Of a stretch of DNA of 64,000 bases, positions 7,138 through 17,871 are shown piece by piece. The notes under the pieces were generated by a model. The model was not told where the DNA came from, did not search any database, and worked only from the letters and a program-made list of their open reading frames with translations. A program made the position numbers and the translations under genes. Each line of letters starts with the position of its first letter. Position 1 is the stretch's first letter. The DNA comes from Patescibacteria group bacterium (lineage in GTDB: Bacteria > Patescibacteriota > Microgenomatia > UBA12405): positions 39,841-103,840 of the forward strand of contig JAMCSD010000006.1 of the NCBI GenBank assembly GCA_023380755.1. The letters are read 5' to 3'.

Positions 7138-9465
7138 TTAGAGCTTAGCTCGTCGGGCAATTTCTGCCTCCACAATCGCCTTCGGCCGCCCGTATTTTAA
7201 TCCGGATAATTTCTTAATCATGGCCGCCAGTTCTGGGTTGCCCGGTTTTTTCTTTTCGGCCGCCGCCACCCGCAGCGAAAAGGGGTCTTTGGGGATGCCG
7301 TGGACCATCGTTTTCATGTACACTTCGCCGGTCCCGAGGTTCAAAAGATCGTGTTCACTAAATGTCGGTTTATATTGGTTGACCAAGAAATTGGCATCCG
7401 AAATACCCACCCGGAAGCTGCAGATTGTTCCCACGTTGCCAAACACCGCGTTCTTCACCTCGTCATCCATTTGGGAAATAAATTGGTTGGCCACACACAG
7501 GTTCAGGTGGTATTTCCGGGCCTCGCTCATGATCACGGCAAAGTCTTGGGTGGCAAAATTTTGGAATTCGTCCACGTACAGGTAAAAATCTTTCCGCTTT
7601 TCCTCGGGGACATCCTGCCGGCTCATGGCGGCAATCAGTATTTTGGGAATCAGCACCAATCCCAAAAATGACGAATTTTCCTCCCCAATCGTCCCTTTGG
7701 CTAGGTTGATAATCAGGATTTTCCCCTCATCCATTGCCTGCCGGAAATTAAATGATGACGTCGACTGGCCGATGATGTTGCGCATCATCGTGTTGGTAAT
7801 AAACCGCCCGAATTTGGAAACGATATAGTCCAGCACTTCCGATTTGTGGAAATCATTAGTTTGGGCAATCTGGTCTGTCCAGTAGCGCCGCACCATCGGG
7901 TCCGTCACCTTGGGCAATAACATTTGCACGTAAGATGGGTCAGTTAAACAGCGCACGATTTCGATAAATGTTGCTCCCGGCTCCGTCATTACGGTGAGCA
8001 TAATATTGCGGATGGCGTGTTCAAACCTGGGGCCCACGATTCCGGTTTTATACGGATCGTACAACTTGTACATCAAGTTGATAATCGAAGAGGTGACAAA
8101 ATCCTTTTGTTCTTCCCGTTCGCACTCCATCACGTTAAAGCCCATCGGCCGGTCGGTCATGCTCGGGTCAAAATAAATCACATCTTCGACTCTTTCCGGG
8201 GGAATCCGCTCCAAAATACTTTCAAAGGTGTCGTGCGGGTCCACAAAACAGACCCCCCGCCCGGCCTTAATGTCCTGCAGGGCCATATCGGCCAACAGCC
8301 ACGATTTACCCACGCCGGTTTGCCCGATAATGTAAAAATGCCGCTGCCGGTCCGACTGTGTCAGGCAGAATTTCTTGGTCACTCCCCGGTATAAATTATC
8401 CCCAATATACAACCCTTCTTGCGGGCTGTCCACCGGCTCCGGGGCTTTTTTCGATTTCAGCCAATAAATTGTTGGCGTTTCTACCGTTTTGTTGGGGATG
8501 TGGAAAATTGAGGCAATTTCGTCGGTCGCTAACACTGATTTTTGCCGCGTCCACACTAAAGGGTATTTGTAGACAAAATCATCCATAAATAAGGACTTAA
8601 TCCTCACCTTATGGTTCGACAACTTGTTCCAGGGTGATTCAAATTGGCCGAAAGCCGTCTTCACGTTGCCGATGTGCATCTTGGCTATTTCCGCCGTCGG
8701 TGCGCAGGCGACCACCCGGACCGTCGTCTCGAATCCCGGCTTGCCGCATTTATTTTCGATCGCTTCCAGCTGTCGGGCATCCACTTTGTAAGAGGCTTTT
8801 TCCGGGTTGGCTTCCGATTTCTTAGTCGCCGAGATAAACCCTTTACCGCTTTTGGCCCAACTGCCGTCGGTGGGGGAGAGGATCAGCTGGATGGTAATTG
8901 ATTCCCCGTCACCCAACTTTGACATCGTCGAGGTGATCGCCGACAGCGGGTCGGTGGGGATTTCTTTATAAGTTTTAATGGGGTAAAATGACGTCTTTTT
9001 TAGTCTTAAGCAGGTAAATTCTATCCTGCCTTCCTCGTAAAACATGCAGGGCTCATCCACCACCTGCACGTCCGCCCCGGTGTACACACTGTAAATTTGT
9101 TTCTCAATCATGTCCTGGTACTTCTTCGGGCAGGAAATATAAAAGCGGATATCCTCTTTGGTGCCCATAATTTCCAGCGACAGGCTGGGTTGGGCCACTG
9201 TCCCTTGCAGGAACTTAAACCGGGCGCTTTTATATAAGCTCCCAAAAGAGGCAATAATTGATTCCATAGCATCTATTTTGACCTCGTTATCTTGGGGTAC
9301 CGCCACCGCTAATGTCACCAATTCCAATGATTTTTCTTCCCGGTCGCGCCAACGGTACCACAAGAGCAGGCCATAGCCGAGGATGCCCAAAATTATCCCC
9401 ACGATTACCAAAAGGACTATTAAGACCACCAAATTTATTGCCTGTGCCAATAATGTCTCAAACAT
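7138..9465 (-). CDS. VirD4/TraG-like coupling ATPase (HerA/FtsK superfamily)
   Basis: N-terminal TM, Walker A GQTGVGKS, VDPH, Walker B LYVDEFQNF, SEARKY...ANQ, AVFGNVGT. Confidence 0.88.
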   Translation of the reverse strand: MFETLLAQAINLVVLIVLLVIVGIILGILGYGLLLWYRWRDREEKSLELVTLAVAVPQDNEVKIDAMESIIASFGSLYKSARFKFLQGTVAQPSLSLEIMGTKEDIRFYISCPKKYQDMIEKQIYSVYTGADVQVVDEPCMFYEEGRIEFTCLRLKKTSFYPIKTYKEIPTDPLSAITSTMSKLGDGESITIQLILSPTDGSWAKSGKGFISATKKSEANPEKASYKVDARQLEAIENKCGKPGFETTVRVVACAPTAEIAKMHIGNVKTAFGQFESPWNKLSNHKVRIKSLFMDDFVYKYPLVWTRQKSVLATDEIASIFHIPNKTVETPTIYWLKSKKAPEPVDSPQEGLYIGDNLYRGVTKKFCLTQSDRQRHFYIIGQTGVGKSWLLADMALQDIKAGRGVCFVDPHDTFESILERIPPERVEDVIYFDPSMTDRPMGFNVMECEREEQKDFVTSSIINLMYKLYDPYKTGIVGPRFEHAIRNIMLTVMTEPGATFIEIVRCLTDPSYVQMLLPKVTDPMVRRYWTDQIAQTNDFHKSEVLDYIVSKFGRFITNTMMRNIIGQSTSSFNFRQAMDEGKILIINLAKGTIGEENSSFLGLVLIPKILIAAMSRQDVPEEKRKDFYLYVDEFQNFATQDFAVIMSEARKYHLNLCVANQFISQMDDEVKNAVFGNVGTICSFRVGISDANFLVNQYKPTFSEHDLLNLGTGEVYMKTMVHGIPKDPFSLRVAAAEKKKPGNPELAAMIKKLSGLKYGRPKAIVEAEIARRAKL

Positions 9466-9814
9466 TTTCTTCCTTAAACTCCACGGTGCCTTTCTTCATT
9501 TTAATTACCCGAAACCAAAAAACGGAAAACCATCGGCCAGCATCACTGATTGCTTTTTTAAACCCGGCACCAAAGGTTTTTCGGGTACTAGGTATGACAA
9601 TTTTTGGATTTTGCGGGGCCGCTGGCTTTAGGACTTGTTGGGCTGGGCTGGCGCTTTGCGGTTGTTTGACTTCCTCCCGCCTAAGTTCCATCCAGCGCTT
9701 CACTTCCGGCGGCATTTCCATTTCTCCCGGCGATTTCTGAATCTCGGTTAATACCGCCCCCTTATTTTGCTCGACTTCTCGCTCTGGCCTACCTCTTTCG
9801 ATGTGTTCTGCCAT
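9458..9814 (-). CDS. hypothetical protein
   Basis: 118-aa ATG ORF overlapping the start of the VirD4-like gene. Confidence 0.65.
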   Translation of the reverse strand: MAEHIERGRPEREVEQNKGAVLTEIQKSPGEMEMPPEVKRWMELRREEVKQPQSASPAQQVLKPAAPQNPKIVIPSTRKTFGAGFKKAISDAGRWFSVFWFRVIKMKKGTVEFKEENV

Positions 9815-9876
9815 ACTTTAAAAAAGTATATGCTATTCCGCTTTAACTAGCCAGTAGTAGACCTTATAATACGCTA

Positions 9877-10938
9877 ATGGATTTTCAAGAAGTCTTAGGC
9901 CAAAACAAAAAAAAGGTTTACCGTGAAATCCAAAAATATTTGGCTGATTTTGGCACCTTCCCTGACTTTTGTCAAATTGCCCCCAGGTTCCAACCATTGC
10001 TCGATTTTCATAATCAATTGGTCAATGACTATCCTCACCGTCAGGGCAAGTATTTGCGCCCGACCTTGTTGCTTCTGACCGCCCAAAGCTTGGGTGTTCC
10101 TTATCGCCTGGCTCTAAAAACTGCTGCCGCCATGCAGATTTCCGAGGACTGGATCTTAAACCACGATGATGTTGAGGATGACTCTCTTTACCGCCGCGGT
10201 TTGCCCGCCCTCCACCGCCTTTATTCCAAGGAATTAGCCTTTAATGCCGGTGACGCCCTCCATGTTTTAATGTGGCACATTTTGCGCGATAACAAGCGCC
10301 TCTTGGGTCCCGCCAAGACTTTGGCCGTCATCGACGAGTTTACCACCATGCTCCAGCGCACCATTTTTGGCCAAACCGTCGAAATCAAATGGTTCCAGGA
10401 AAATAATCTCCACCTGACCGACGAGGATATCTTTTTTATTTCTGAAAGCAAGACCGGTTACTACACTATTGCCGGCCCCATGCGCTTGGGGGCGATTTTA
10501 GCTGATGCCTCAAAATCCCAGCTGTCCGATCTTTATCATTTCGGCCTACTTTTGGGCTCCGCCTTTCAGATTAAGGATGATCTTTTGGATCTCACCTCCA
10601 CTTTTGGCGGTTTAAAGAATCAGCAGGGGAATGATATTTATGAGGGCAAACGGACCTTGATGCTCGCCCATCTTTTACGCTCGGTTTCCCCCGCCGATCA
10701 CGCCCGGTTAACCGCCATACTTTCCCGCCCCCGTTCGCAAAAAACCCAAGCCGAAGTCGACTGGGTGATTGCCAAAATGCAGGCCGTGGGCAGCCTGGAT
10801 TATGCCGCTTCGTTGGCCGCCGATTTAGCCGCCCGTTCCCGGGAGCTTTTTGAGACTAAATTAACCTTTCTTAAACGCCAGCCCTATCGGAATCAGCTTC
10901 AATCTGCCATAGAATTTATCGTTAACCGGACTCACTGA
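9877..10938 (+). CDS. polyprenyl diphosphate synthase
   Basis: GKYLRP, HDDVEDDSLYRRG, KTGYY, FQIKDDLLD, EGKRT. Confidence 0.95.
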   Translation: MDFQEVLGQNKKKVYREIQKYLADFGTFPDFCQIAPRFQPLLDFHNQLVNDYPHRQGKYLRPTLLLLTAQSLGVPYRLALKTAAAMQISEDWILNHDDVEDDSLYRRGLPALHRLYSKELAFNAGDALHVLMWHILRDNKRLLGPAKTLAVIDEFTTMLQRTIFGQTVEIKWFQENNLHLTDEDIFFISESKTGYYTIAGPMRLGAILADASKSQLSDLYHFGLLLGSAFQIKDDLLDLTSTFGGLKNQQGNDIYEGKRTLMLAHLLRSVSPADHARLTAILSRPRSQKTQAEVDWVIAKMQAVGSLDYAASLAADLAARSRELFETKLTFLKRQPYRNQLQSAIEFIVNRTH

Positions 10939-10942
10939 TCCG

Positions 10943-11404
10943 CTATCTTTTATAAATCCCCAAATACCTTAAGGCCTTTTTCACCGCTCTTTTCGCCGGA
11001 TCATACAAGTCGTCAATGTCCCCCACCTCCAAATTACCCCGCCCAGAACCGACTACTCCCTGGAAATCTTCTTCTTTGTTGCTAATCAATATTCCTTTTA
11101 TATACACTCTGGCCACCACTAACTCCGCCACGACTTCCGGTTTTCTTCCCGATTGGTTAATCTCTTTTACCACTCTGGTCATTTCTTTCATCATCACGGC
11201 CATTATTTCGGGTGCTTTTTCCATCCGCACCACCGGCGTTTCCATTCCTGCTTCATGGGAAAAAGCCATGTTGTCTAATTGTTGTGCCAGGCTCACCATC
11301 CGGATCCCGGCCTCGCTGACTCCCAGTGACTTAAGCAGCTCCGCCACTTTCTGTCTTCGGGCAATCCACCAACTTGTCTCGTATGCTTCCAATAATTCGC
11401 TCAT
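10943..11404 (-). CDS. hypothetical protein
   Basis: 153-aa ORF with TATAAT 5 nt upstream of the ATG. Confidence 0.6.
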   Translation of the reverse strand: MSELLEAYETSWWIARRQKVAELLKSLGVSEAGIRMVSLAQQLDNMAFSHEAGMETPVVRMEKAPEIMAVMMKEMTRVVKEINQSGRKPEVVAELVVARVYIKGILISNKEEDFQGVVGSGRGNLEVGDIDDLYDPAKRAVKKALRYLGIYKR

Positions 11405-11548
11405 ATAAAATTATACCAACCCTGGCCTCTGTTTAAATTGATATCCGATGTTTATCTGCAGGTTTCCGGGGTTCTGCCTCTGTTAAGATTATTGGAATTA
11501 TCAGGAATTCCGCGGTAAACACTCTTGGTGTTATTGTTATAATTAATT

Positions 11549-13372
11549 GTGGATAACCAAGTCGAAGAGATCAAGCGCAAGCTGGATATCGTCAATGTCA
11601 TCGGCCGCTACATTCCTCTCAAAAAGAAGGGGCGGCACTACACCGCCAATTGCCCTTTCCACGGCGAAAAAACCCCTTCTTTCATGGTTTCTCCGGAGCT
11701 GCAGATTTATAAGTGTTTTGGCTGCGGCAAGGGTGGCGATATCTTTACCTTTGTTCAGGAGTTTGAAAAGGTTGATTTTAAAGAAGCCCTCGAAGAGTTG
11801 GCCAAACTGGCCGGCATTACCCTAGTCCGTAATGACGCCCTCACCGCCTCGGAAGCCCACCGCAAAAAACTCTTGGAAATTAATGCCGAAGTCTGCCGTT
11901 TTTACCACTACATCTTAACCAAACACCCCCTCGGCCAACCTGCCCTCAAATACCTCACCGACCGGGGGATTACCTCCGAAATTATTACCAAATTCAAAAT
12001 CGGTTTTGCCCCCCGCGACTCCCAGGTCATTTCCGCCTACCTCCTTTCTCAAAAAAAATTTGTTCTCCGCGACCTCGTCGATACCGGCACCTTTGGCGCC
12101 AACCGCTACGGCCGCCCCGGTGTTTATGACCGCTTTTCCGGGCGCCTGACCTTTCCTTTAATGGATTATCGGGACCGCATTTTGGGCTTTTCCGGCCGGA
12201 TACTTCCACCAGAATTCCAACCAGGCAAAGCCCCGTTTGACGGGGCCAAATATATTAATTCGCCCGAAACCGAGCTCTATCACAAAAGCCACCTTCTCTT
12301 TGGCCTTAATTTTGCCAAGGATGCCATCCGCACTCAGGGCTACGTCATTATTGTCGAAGGGGAGTTTGACATGATCTCTCCCTTTGCTGCCGGTGTCACC
12401 AACATTGTCGCCATTAAGGGCACCGCCTTTACCACCGAACAGCTCGAGCTCTTGCGCCGTTACACCGATACCTTAGTCTTGGGCCTCGATTCCGATTTTG
12501 CCGGCAACTCGGCGGCCCGCCGCAGTATCGAATTAGCCGATTCCATGGGCTTTGATCTTAAAGTCTTATCTTTGGCCCCCCGCTTTAAAGACCCCGATGA
12601 GGCCGTCCATGGCGACCTTCCCTTCTTTAAAAAACAACTGGAAAACCCCTTGCCCATTTGGGACTTCCTGATTAACTCGGCGGTGGCCGCCAATGACCCG
12701 AGCACTATTAAAGGCAAAAAATTAATTCTGGCCACCGTCTTGCCCTTCCTTACTAAAATTTCCAATTCCGTCATCCGTGCCGACTACATCCGCAAACTCT
12801 CTCTGGAAATTGGCAGCTCTCCGGAATCTGTTACCCAGGAACTGGGCAAATATTCTGCCGCCCCCGCCGCCAAGCTCTCCATCCCCGTGATCACCGCTCC
12901 GGTCAAGCCCGCCGCCGTGCCTACCAAAAAGCTCCGCCTCATCCAATATTTGCTCTGCCTCATCCTTTCTTCCAAAAATCCCCCGGTCGTCGCCGCCAAA
13001 GTCCTGGCCACCCTTCCCGACCTCTTTAAAGAAGTCCCCCTCTATCAAAAAATCATTGATCTTTTAACCAAAGAGCCTTTTGATGGGATCGAAAATTTTC
13101 ATCGTTCCCTCCCTGCCGAAATCCAGCCAACCTTCCAGGCCGCCTATCTTAAGGGTTTATCTTACAATTTCACTTCCGAAAACCGCCGCCGGGAAATCAA
13201 GACCACCGTTTCTTCCATCCGCATTTTTGATCTTAAAAATCAGCTCAAAAACCAAAGCCAGCAAATCGCCCTTTTGGAAAGCCGCGGTGATGAGGCTCTT
13301 TTATCTGTCGCCGAAAAGGACTATAATAAAACCCTACACCAGCTCTTAGAGCTGGAATCAGCCCGTACCTAG
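11549..13372 (+). CDS. dnaG: DNA primase
   Basis: CHC2 zinc finger ([11 protein letters not shown]...CFGC), [32 protein letters not shown]. Confidence 0.98.
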   Translation: MDNQVEEIKRKLDIVNVIGRYIPLKKKGRHYTANCPFHGEKTPSFMVSPELQIYKCFGCGKGGDIFTFVQEFEKVDFKEALEELAKLAGITLVRNDALTASEAHRKKLLEINAEVCRFYHYILTKHPLGQPALKYLTDRGITSEIITKFKIGFAPRDSQVISAYLLSQKKFVLRDLVDTGTFGANRYGRPGVYDRFSGRLTFPLMDYRDRILGFSGRILPPEFQPGKAPFDGAKYINSPETELYHKSHLLFGLNFAKDAIRTQGYVIIVEGEFDMISPFAAGVTNIVAIKGTAFTTEQLELLRRYTDTLVLGLDSDFAGNSAARRSIELADSMGFDLKVLSLAPRFKDPDEAVHGDLPFFKKQLENPLPIWDFLINSAVAANDPSTIKGKKLILATVLPFLTKISNSVIRADYIRKLSLEIGSSPESVTQELGKYSAAPAAKLSIPVITAPVKPAAVPTKKLRLIQYLLCLILSSKNPPVVAAKVLATLPDLFKEVPLYQKIIDLLTKEPFDGIENFHRSLPAEIQPTFQAAYLKGLSYNFTSENRRREIKTTVSSIRIFDLKNQLKNQSQQIALLESRGDEALLSVAEKDYNKTLHQLLELESART

Positions 13373-13404
13373 CCAAATTTGCCACATTCATATACAATAT
13401 AACA

Positions 13405-14484
13405 ATGCCAATCAAGGTAGATTTCGGAAAAATCCGGCAGCGTCTGGTTACCGTTGCCAAGAAGCAGCATTACTTGACCTTTGATGAAGTCCTCGAGCTG
13501 ATCCCTAATCCAGAAAAATACATCGATGAAATTGACCATTTATTCGATGTCCTTTTCGAAAAGGGAATTGATGTTTTTGACAAAATTACTATTGGTGAGT
13601 CCACTCTCGAAGAAGGCGCCCAGCCCTCGGATTTAGTCGCCCTTTTAAGCCAAAAAGGCAGTATCGATTCTGTCCGGATGTACTTAAAGGAAATTGGGAA
13701 GATCGATCTTTTAACCTTCGACCAGGAAGTCAAGCTCGCCAAAGAAATTGAAAAAGGCTCCGGGGCCGCTCGCGAAGCCCTCATTAATGCCAACTTGCGT
13801 TTAGTCGTGTCTATTGCCAAAAAATATATTGGCCGTGGGCTGACTTTCCTCGACCTTGTTCAGGAGGGGAATCAGGGTTTAATGCGCGCTGTCGAAAAGT
13901 TTGATTGGAAACGCGGCTTTAAATTTTCCACTTATGCCACTTGGTGGATCCGCCAAGCTATTACCCGGGCCATTGCCGATCAGGCCAAGACCATCCGTAT
14001 TCCCGTTCACATGGTGGAAACCATCAACAAGGTTTACAAAGCCACCCGCGCCCTCACTCAAAGGTTAGGCCGCGAGCCCGAAACTCAGGAAATTGCCAAA
14101 GAAGTCGGCATTAGTGTCGATAAGGTCGAAGAAATCTACCGTATTTCCCAAGATACTACTTCCTTGGCCACTCCGGTCGGTGACGATGAAGACTCATTCC
14201 TGGGTGATTTTATTGAAGATACTACCCAGCTCTCGCCTTACGAAGAAACCTCCCGCGAGCTTTTACGGGAATCGATTGAAGAAGTCCTTTCTTCTCTGGA
14301 TGAGCGCGAAGCCAAAGTCCTTTCCCTTCGTTTCGGCCTGATGGGGGAGACCCCCAAAACTCTCGAGGAAGTCGGCAAAATCTTTAACGTTACCCGCGAA
14401 CGCATCCGCCAAATCGAGGCCAAAGCACTTAGAAAATTAAGACATCCGTCGAGAAGGAAAAAGCTCCAAGATTATTTGGAATAG
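13405..14484 (+). CDS. rpoD: RNA polymerase primary sigma factor
   Basis: [43 protein letters not shown]...TRERIRQIE; follows dnaG. Confidence 0.97.
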   Translation: MPIKVDFGKIRQRLVTVAKKQHYLTFDEVLELIPNPEKYIDEIDHLFDVLFEKGIDVFDKITIGESTLEEGAQPSDLVALLSQKGSIDSVRMYLKEIGKIDLLTFDQEVKLAKEIEKGSGAAREALINANLRLVVSIAKKYIGRGLTFLDLVQEGNQGLMRAVEKFDWKRGFKFSTYATWWIRQAITRAIADQAKTIRIPVHMVETINKVYKATRALTQRLGREPETQEIAKEVGISVDKVEEIYRISQDTTSLATPVGDDEDSFLGDFIEDTTQLSPYEETSRELLRESIEEVLSSLDEREAKVLSLRFGLMGETPKTLEEVGKIFNVTRERIRQIEAKALRKLRHPSRRKKLQDYLE

Positions 14485-15066
14485 CTACTTCTTTTTTCGG
14501 CCATATTCCGTCATCGAGTGTTCCCAGTATTGTTTGCCCCGCCCTTCAATTTTTACCCCGCCTTTCCGAATATTTCTGGTATCCAAAACCCGCGACGAAG
14601 CAAATGATTTATCGGGATTAACCCCATGCTTTTTAAGACGCTCCTCATTATGCTGCAATAACGCTCGCGCATCGCCCACCACCCGGACCACTTCGGCCGC
14701 CTTGCAGCGCAATTCTTGGAATTCCGGTTCCCACCTTACCCCGCCCAGCGGCTCCACTTCGTACGAGTACCATTTACCTTCCCATTCCTTTTTAAACCTG
14801 CCTATTTCCGAGAGGTATCCTTTTGTAAATTCATCCGGCAGCACCCGTTCCCGGCTGATGGTTTGGTGGGGTGCCGGGCTGTCGGCGAGTGACACCTCCG
14901 TGTCTCCCGGCCCCGGCCGGACCACCTCGCCCACTTTAAATTTATGTGGTGACACGTGGTAAAAATGGGTCGGTTCGTTTTCTTCCTGGCGCTTATTAAC
15001 CTTTTCCGTCCGCCCCTGGTTGCTGACGATAAAGCTCATTTCCGCAGCGCTGTCTCTGTTGGCCAT
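14485..15066 (-). CDS. hypothetical protein, possible Arr-like ADP-ribosyltransferase fold
   Basis: FYHVS..F.VGE.V.PG, YSYEVEPLG and QELR resemble the Arr motifs FYHGT...GDLL and YIYIVEPTG. Confidence 0.45.
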   Translation of the reverse strand: MANRDSAAEMSFIVSNQGRTEKVNKRQEENEPTHFYHVSPHKFKVGEVVRPGPGDTEVSLADSPAPHQTISRERVLPDEFTKGYLSEIGRFKKEWEGKWYSYEVEPLGGVRWEPEFQELRCKAAEVVRVVGDARALLQHNEERLKKHGVNPDKSFASSRVLDTRNIRKGGVKIEGRGKQYWEHSMTEYGRKKK

Positions 15067-15085
15067 CTTTACCTACTATACCATC

Positions 15086-15550
15086 TTATTTCAGGTGTTT
15101 TGTCTCGTTGACTACGACCTTTTTCGCTTCTTTTTTGCTGATGTCAAAAATGGTCACCGACGCTTCGTCAATCACCGCTTCTTCTTTGGTCAAATAGTAC
15201 ACAAACATCCGGATCACTAAGTTGTGGCTGATGACCACCACCGTATCCTCCTCCCCGTGTTCTAAGTATAGGTCCTCCACAAATCGGGACACCCGCTGGT
15301 TAAGTTCGCTGTATTCTTCGCTTTTGGTCTTAAGGGCGATTAGCCGCGAAAACCGGATGTCCAAGTCATCTTCCCGGTTTTTAATAATTTCCGTCAGTGT
15401 TTGTTCGCATCTGCCCACCGTCGAGCAATAAACGGCGGTAATCTTTTGGTCCGCCAAAAAATTCCCCACCTTTTGGGCCTGCACTTTGCCTTTTTCGGTC
15501 AGTAAGCCGTTTAAATCCTTTTCTCCGTGGCGGACTAGTATTAATTTCAT
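15086..15550 (-). CDS. histidine phosphatase family protein
   Basis: LILVRHGE, LTEKGKVQA, RCEQT, VVISH. Confidence 0.9.
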   Translation of the reverse strand: MKLILVRHGEKDLNGLLTEKGKVQAQKVGNFLADQKITAVYCSTVGRCEQTLTEIIKNREDDLDIRFSRLIALKTKSEEYSELNQRVSRFVEDLYLEHGEEDTVVVISHNLVIRMFVYYLTKEEAVIDEASVTIFDISKKEAKKVVVNETKHLK

Positions 15551-15638
15551 GGGATATTGTATCAAATCACTCTTTTTTTGCCTTGTTGAATTCTAAACTT
15601 CGGCCCTTTGGCCAAAATTTGAAATTTAGGCCTGGTTT

Positions 15639-15857
15639 ATGTTAGCATATCCTGTGAAAGCTTCGGGACAAATCATTGTTCTCCTGTTAATCTTTGCCGC
15701 TTTTCTTTTGTTTGAAGGTTATTTTGTCCTTTCCCAAAATCGCGCCAAAGAGATTTCCAACACCGAAAACCTGGTTACTCCCACCCCTCTTCCCACCGAA
15801 ATTCCCACCCCCACTCTCGTTCCCAGCGCCACCCCCTCGGCTGCTTTAAGCCGTTAA
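15639..15857 (+). CDS. small membrane protein with a Pro/Thr-rich tail
   Basis: TM helix followed by TPTP repeats. Confidence 0.6.
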   Translation: MLAYPVKASGQIIVLLLIFAAFLLFEGYFVLSQNRAKEISNTENLVTPTPLPTEIPTPTLVPSATPSAALSR

Positions 15858-15872
15858 ATCATCGGCCAAATT

Positions 15873-15881
15873 TGCTATAAT
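15873..15881 (+). promoter_or_regulatory. extended -10 promoter (TGnTATAAT) upstream of a structured leader and tRNA-Asn
   Basis: TGCTATAAT matches the consensus. Confidence 0.6.
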
Positions 15882-16096
15882 CAACCCGCCTGCTAGCTCC
15901 TTATAAATTTGGTTTAAGTTATCGCCACCCTTTTGGCTCACTTAAAAAGTGGCTCAAGGAGCATAACGATCCTACGAATAATTGTCATCGGCTGGGAACT
16001 GATATATTCCGAGTCCCTCCCCACTAGATCATCTGCGTTGATAAGGGAGAAACAGCTAAAAAGTTATCAAGGTCGATTATTCGTCAAAACACACAT

Positions 16097-16171
16097 TCCC
16101 CTGTAGCTCAATGGTAGAGTGCCCGCCTGTTAAGCGGTTGGTTCGTGGTTCGAATCCACGCGGGGGAGCCA
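16097..16171 (+). tRNA. tRNA-Asn (GTT), integration target
   Basis: TCCCCTG TA GCTC AATGGTA GAGT G CCCGC CTGTTAA GCGGT TGGTT CGTGG TTCGAAT CCACG CGGGGGA G CCA. Confidence 0.95.
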
Positions 16172-17752
16172 ACATGGATTTGCGGGTCGCAAATCAGGTC
16201 TTTTCTCCATAATTTCCGTATACTTTTGAGGTTCTCGCCAACTCTTGTATCTCTCTGACCAATTATCGCTATCAGCGAGAACTCCATATTCTTTTTTAAG
16301 GTCAATTTCCAATAATTTTGTTGGTTTTAGTAAGAGGTTCTTGCTGATTTTGATTAAAACCTCGTGTTTATCGTTTTTTTGTCCGGTCTTAAACTTTTGC
16401 AGGCAAGCTAACGCAAAATCCAGCGAGTTTTCTACCTCCATTCTTTTTTCGTTAGGGTCAACTTTTGATACATCAGTTTTTTCAGCGTCCTGCTTTTGTT
16501 GTTCCAAGGCTATGGCCTTTTCTTTGTATTTTGAATCATCTATTAGCCCATTCAATCTCAAATCTAAAAGGTTATTCAGTTGAGTATCGATATTTTCTAG
16601 CGATTTCATTTTAGATTGTTTTTTTTCTTCTTCAAAGCAAAGATCGTTCTCATATATCACCGAAAGCCATTTCTTGGACCAAGTAATAAATTCCTGGTCA
16701 GGTTGTACTTGATAAAGTTTTTCCTTTATCTGATCTACAACATTGGTTTCAGTTAATGGTAGCGAGTTGCACTTAACCCCCCGATTCTTTCGGGTACAGT
16801 AGTAATAAGTATATTCAGCAGTCCTCTTTGTACCTCGATAATACTTTTTCTTTTTTGTTGCCGTCATCGCACAACCACAAACCGAACACCTGAATAATCC
16901 GGTCAAGTCAAAATCCAACTTTTGTGGTCTGGCCTTATGTGTCCCCATTCTTCCTAATAATTTTTGGACCGTAATATACTGTTCCTTGGTTATCATCGGC
17001 GTGTGCTTACCCTCGTACCAAATTCCCGATCCGTCCGGCCACTCATATTCCCCGTAATAGAAAGGTTTGTTAAGCAAATTATAAAAAGTTGACCGGGACA
17101 AGACTTTTTTAAATCCGCTGGTCAACTTCCATTCGTTTGCTGCTTCTTTATAAACCTCTGACGCTTGTTTGCCGAAAAGAATTTCCTCAAATAACCTTTT
17201 AACAAACACAAATCTTTCCTCATCTATTTCAATCACTTTGAATCCCTTTTTCCGATCTGGAGTGTTTTTATAACCCAATGGAGCCGGTGCTGGATACCAT
17301 CCCATATTGGCTTTGGTAGTCATTCCTCGTTTAGCATTTATTCCCCGGTTATCATTTTCTAATTTGGCTTGACCACATAGAATGTTGAATAGAAACTTAT
17401 CGTTAGGTGTACTGCTAAATATCTGATTGGGGGTTATTACTCTCTGGAGAACTCCCAGATCCATTAAATAAATTATTTGGCCGGTATCAACCGAATTTCT
17501 CGATAAACGATCCGGATTCCAAACCACCAAAGTATCAACTCCTTGTGCCTCCATATCTTTTAGCATCTTGTTAAAAATCGGTCTGCCCGGTTTTTTAGCT
17601 GATTGGGATTCCTGGTAATAAGGTTTTATAAGATCTAATCCGTCTCTCTTAGCCAGCTTCTCCAGCTCTTCGATCTGAGAGGGAATAGACAACGCCTGTC
17701 TTTCTTCACTTTCTTGTGATTTTCTACAATAAACAAAAACTTTATTGTTCAT
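16130..17752 (-). CDS. large serine recombinase (integrase)
   Basis: YCRKS catalytic Ser, SAKKPGRPIF, DRLSRN, recombinase domain (PLGY), Zn ribbon (CSVCG...YYYC), coiled coil. The C-terminus reads antisense into tRNA-Asn. Confidence 0.95.
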   Translation of the reverse strand: MNNKVFVYCRKSQESEERQALSIPSQIEELEKLAKRDGLDLIKPYYQESQSAKKPGRPIFNKMLKDMEAQGVDTLVVWNPDRLSRNSVDTGQIIYLMDLGVLQRVITPNQIFSSTPNDKFLFNILCGQAKLENDNRGINAKRGMTTKANMGWYPAPAPLGYKNTPDRKKGFKVIEIDEERFVFVKRLFEEILFGKQASEVYKEAANEWKLTSGFKKVLSRSTFYNLLNKPFYYGEYEWPDGSGIWYEGKHTPMITKEQYITVQKLLGRMGTHKARPQKLDFDLTGLFRCSVCGCAMTATKKKKYYRGTKRTAEYTYYYCTRKNRGVKCNSLPLTETNVVDQIKEKLYQVQPDQEFITWSKKWLSVIYENDLCFEEEKKQSKMKSLENIDTQLNNLLDLRLNGLIDDSKYKEKAIALEQQKQDAEKTDVSKVDPNEKRMEVENSLDFALACLQKFKTGQKNDKHEVLIKISKNLLLKPTKLLEIDLKKEYGVLADSDNWSERYKSWREPQKYTEIMEKRPDLRPANPCWLPRVDSNHEPTA

Positions 17753-17871
17753 GTTTGTATTTAAAAAATAATGCCCCCGCTAGTGCAACCAAGACTACTA
17801 GAGTCCTGTCTAACGAGGGCATTAAAAAACTCTAGTCAAATTATCTTGGTTGCAATAAAATTATAAATCAT

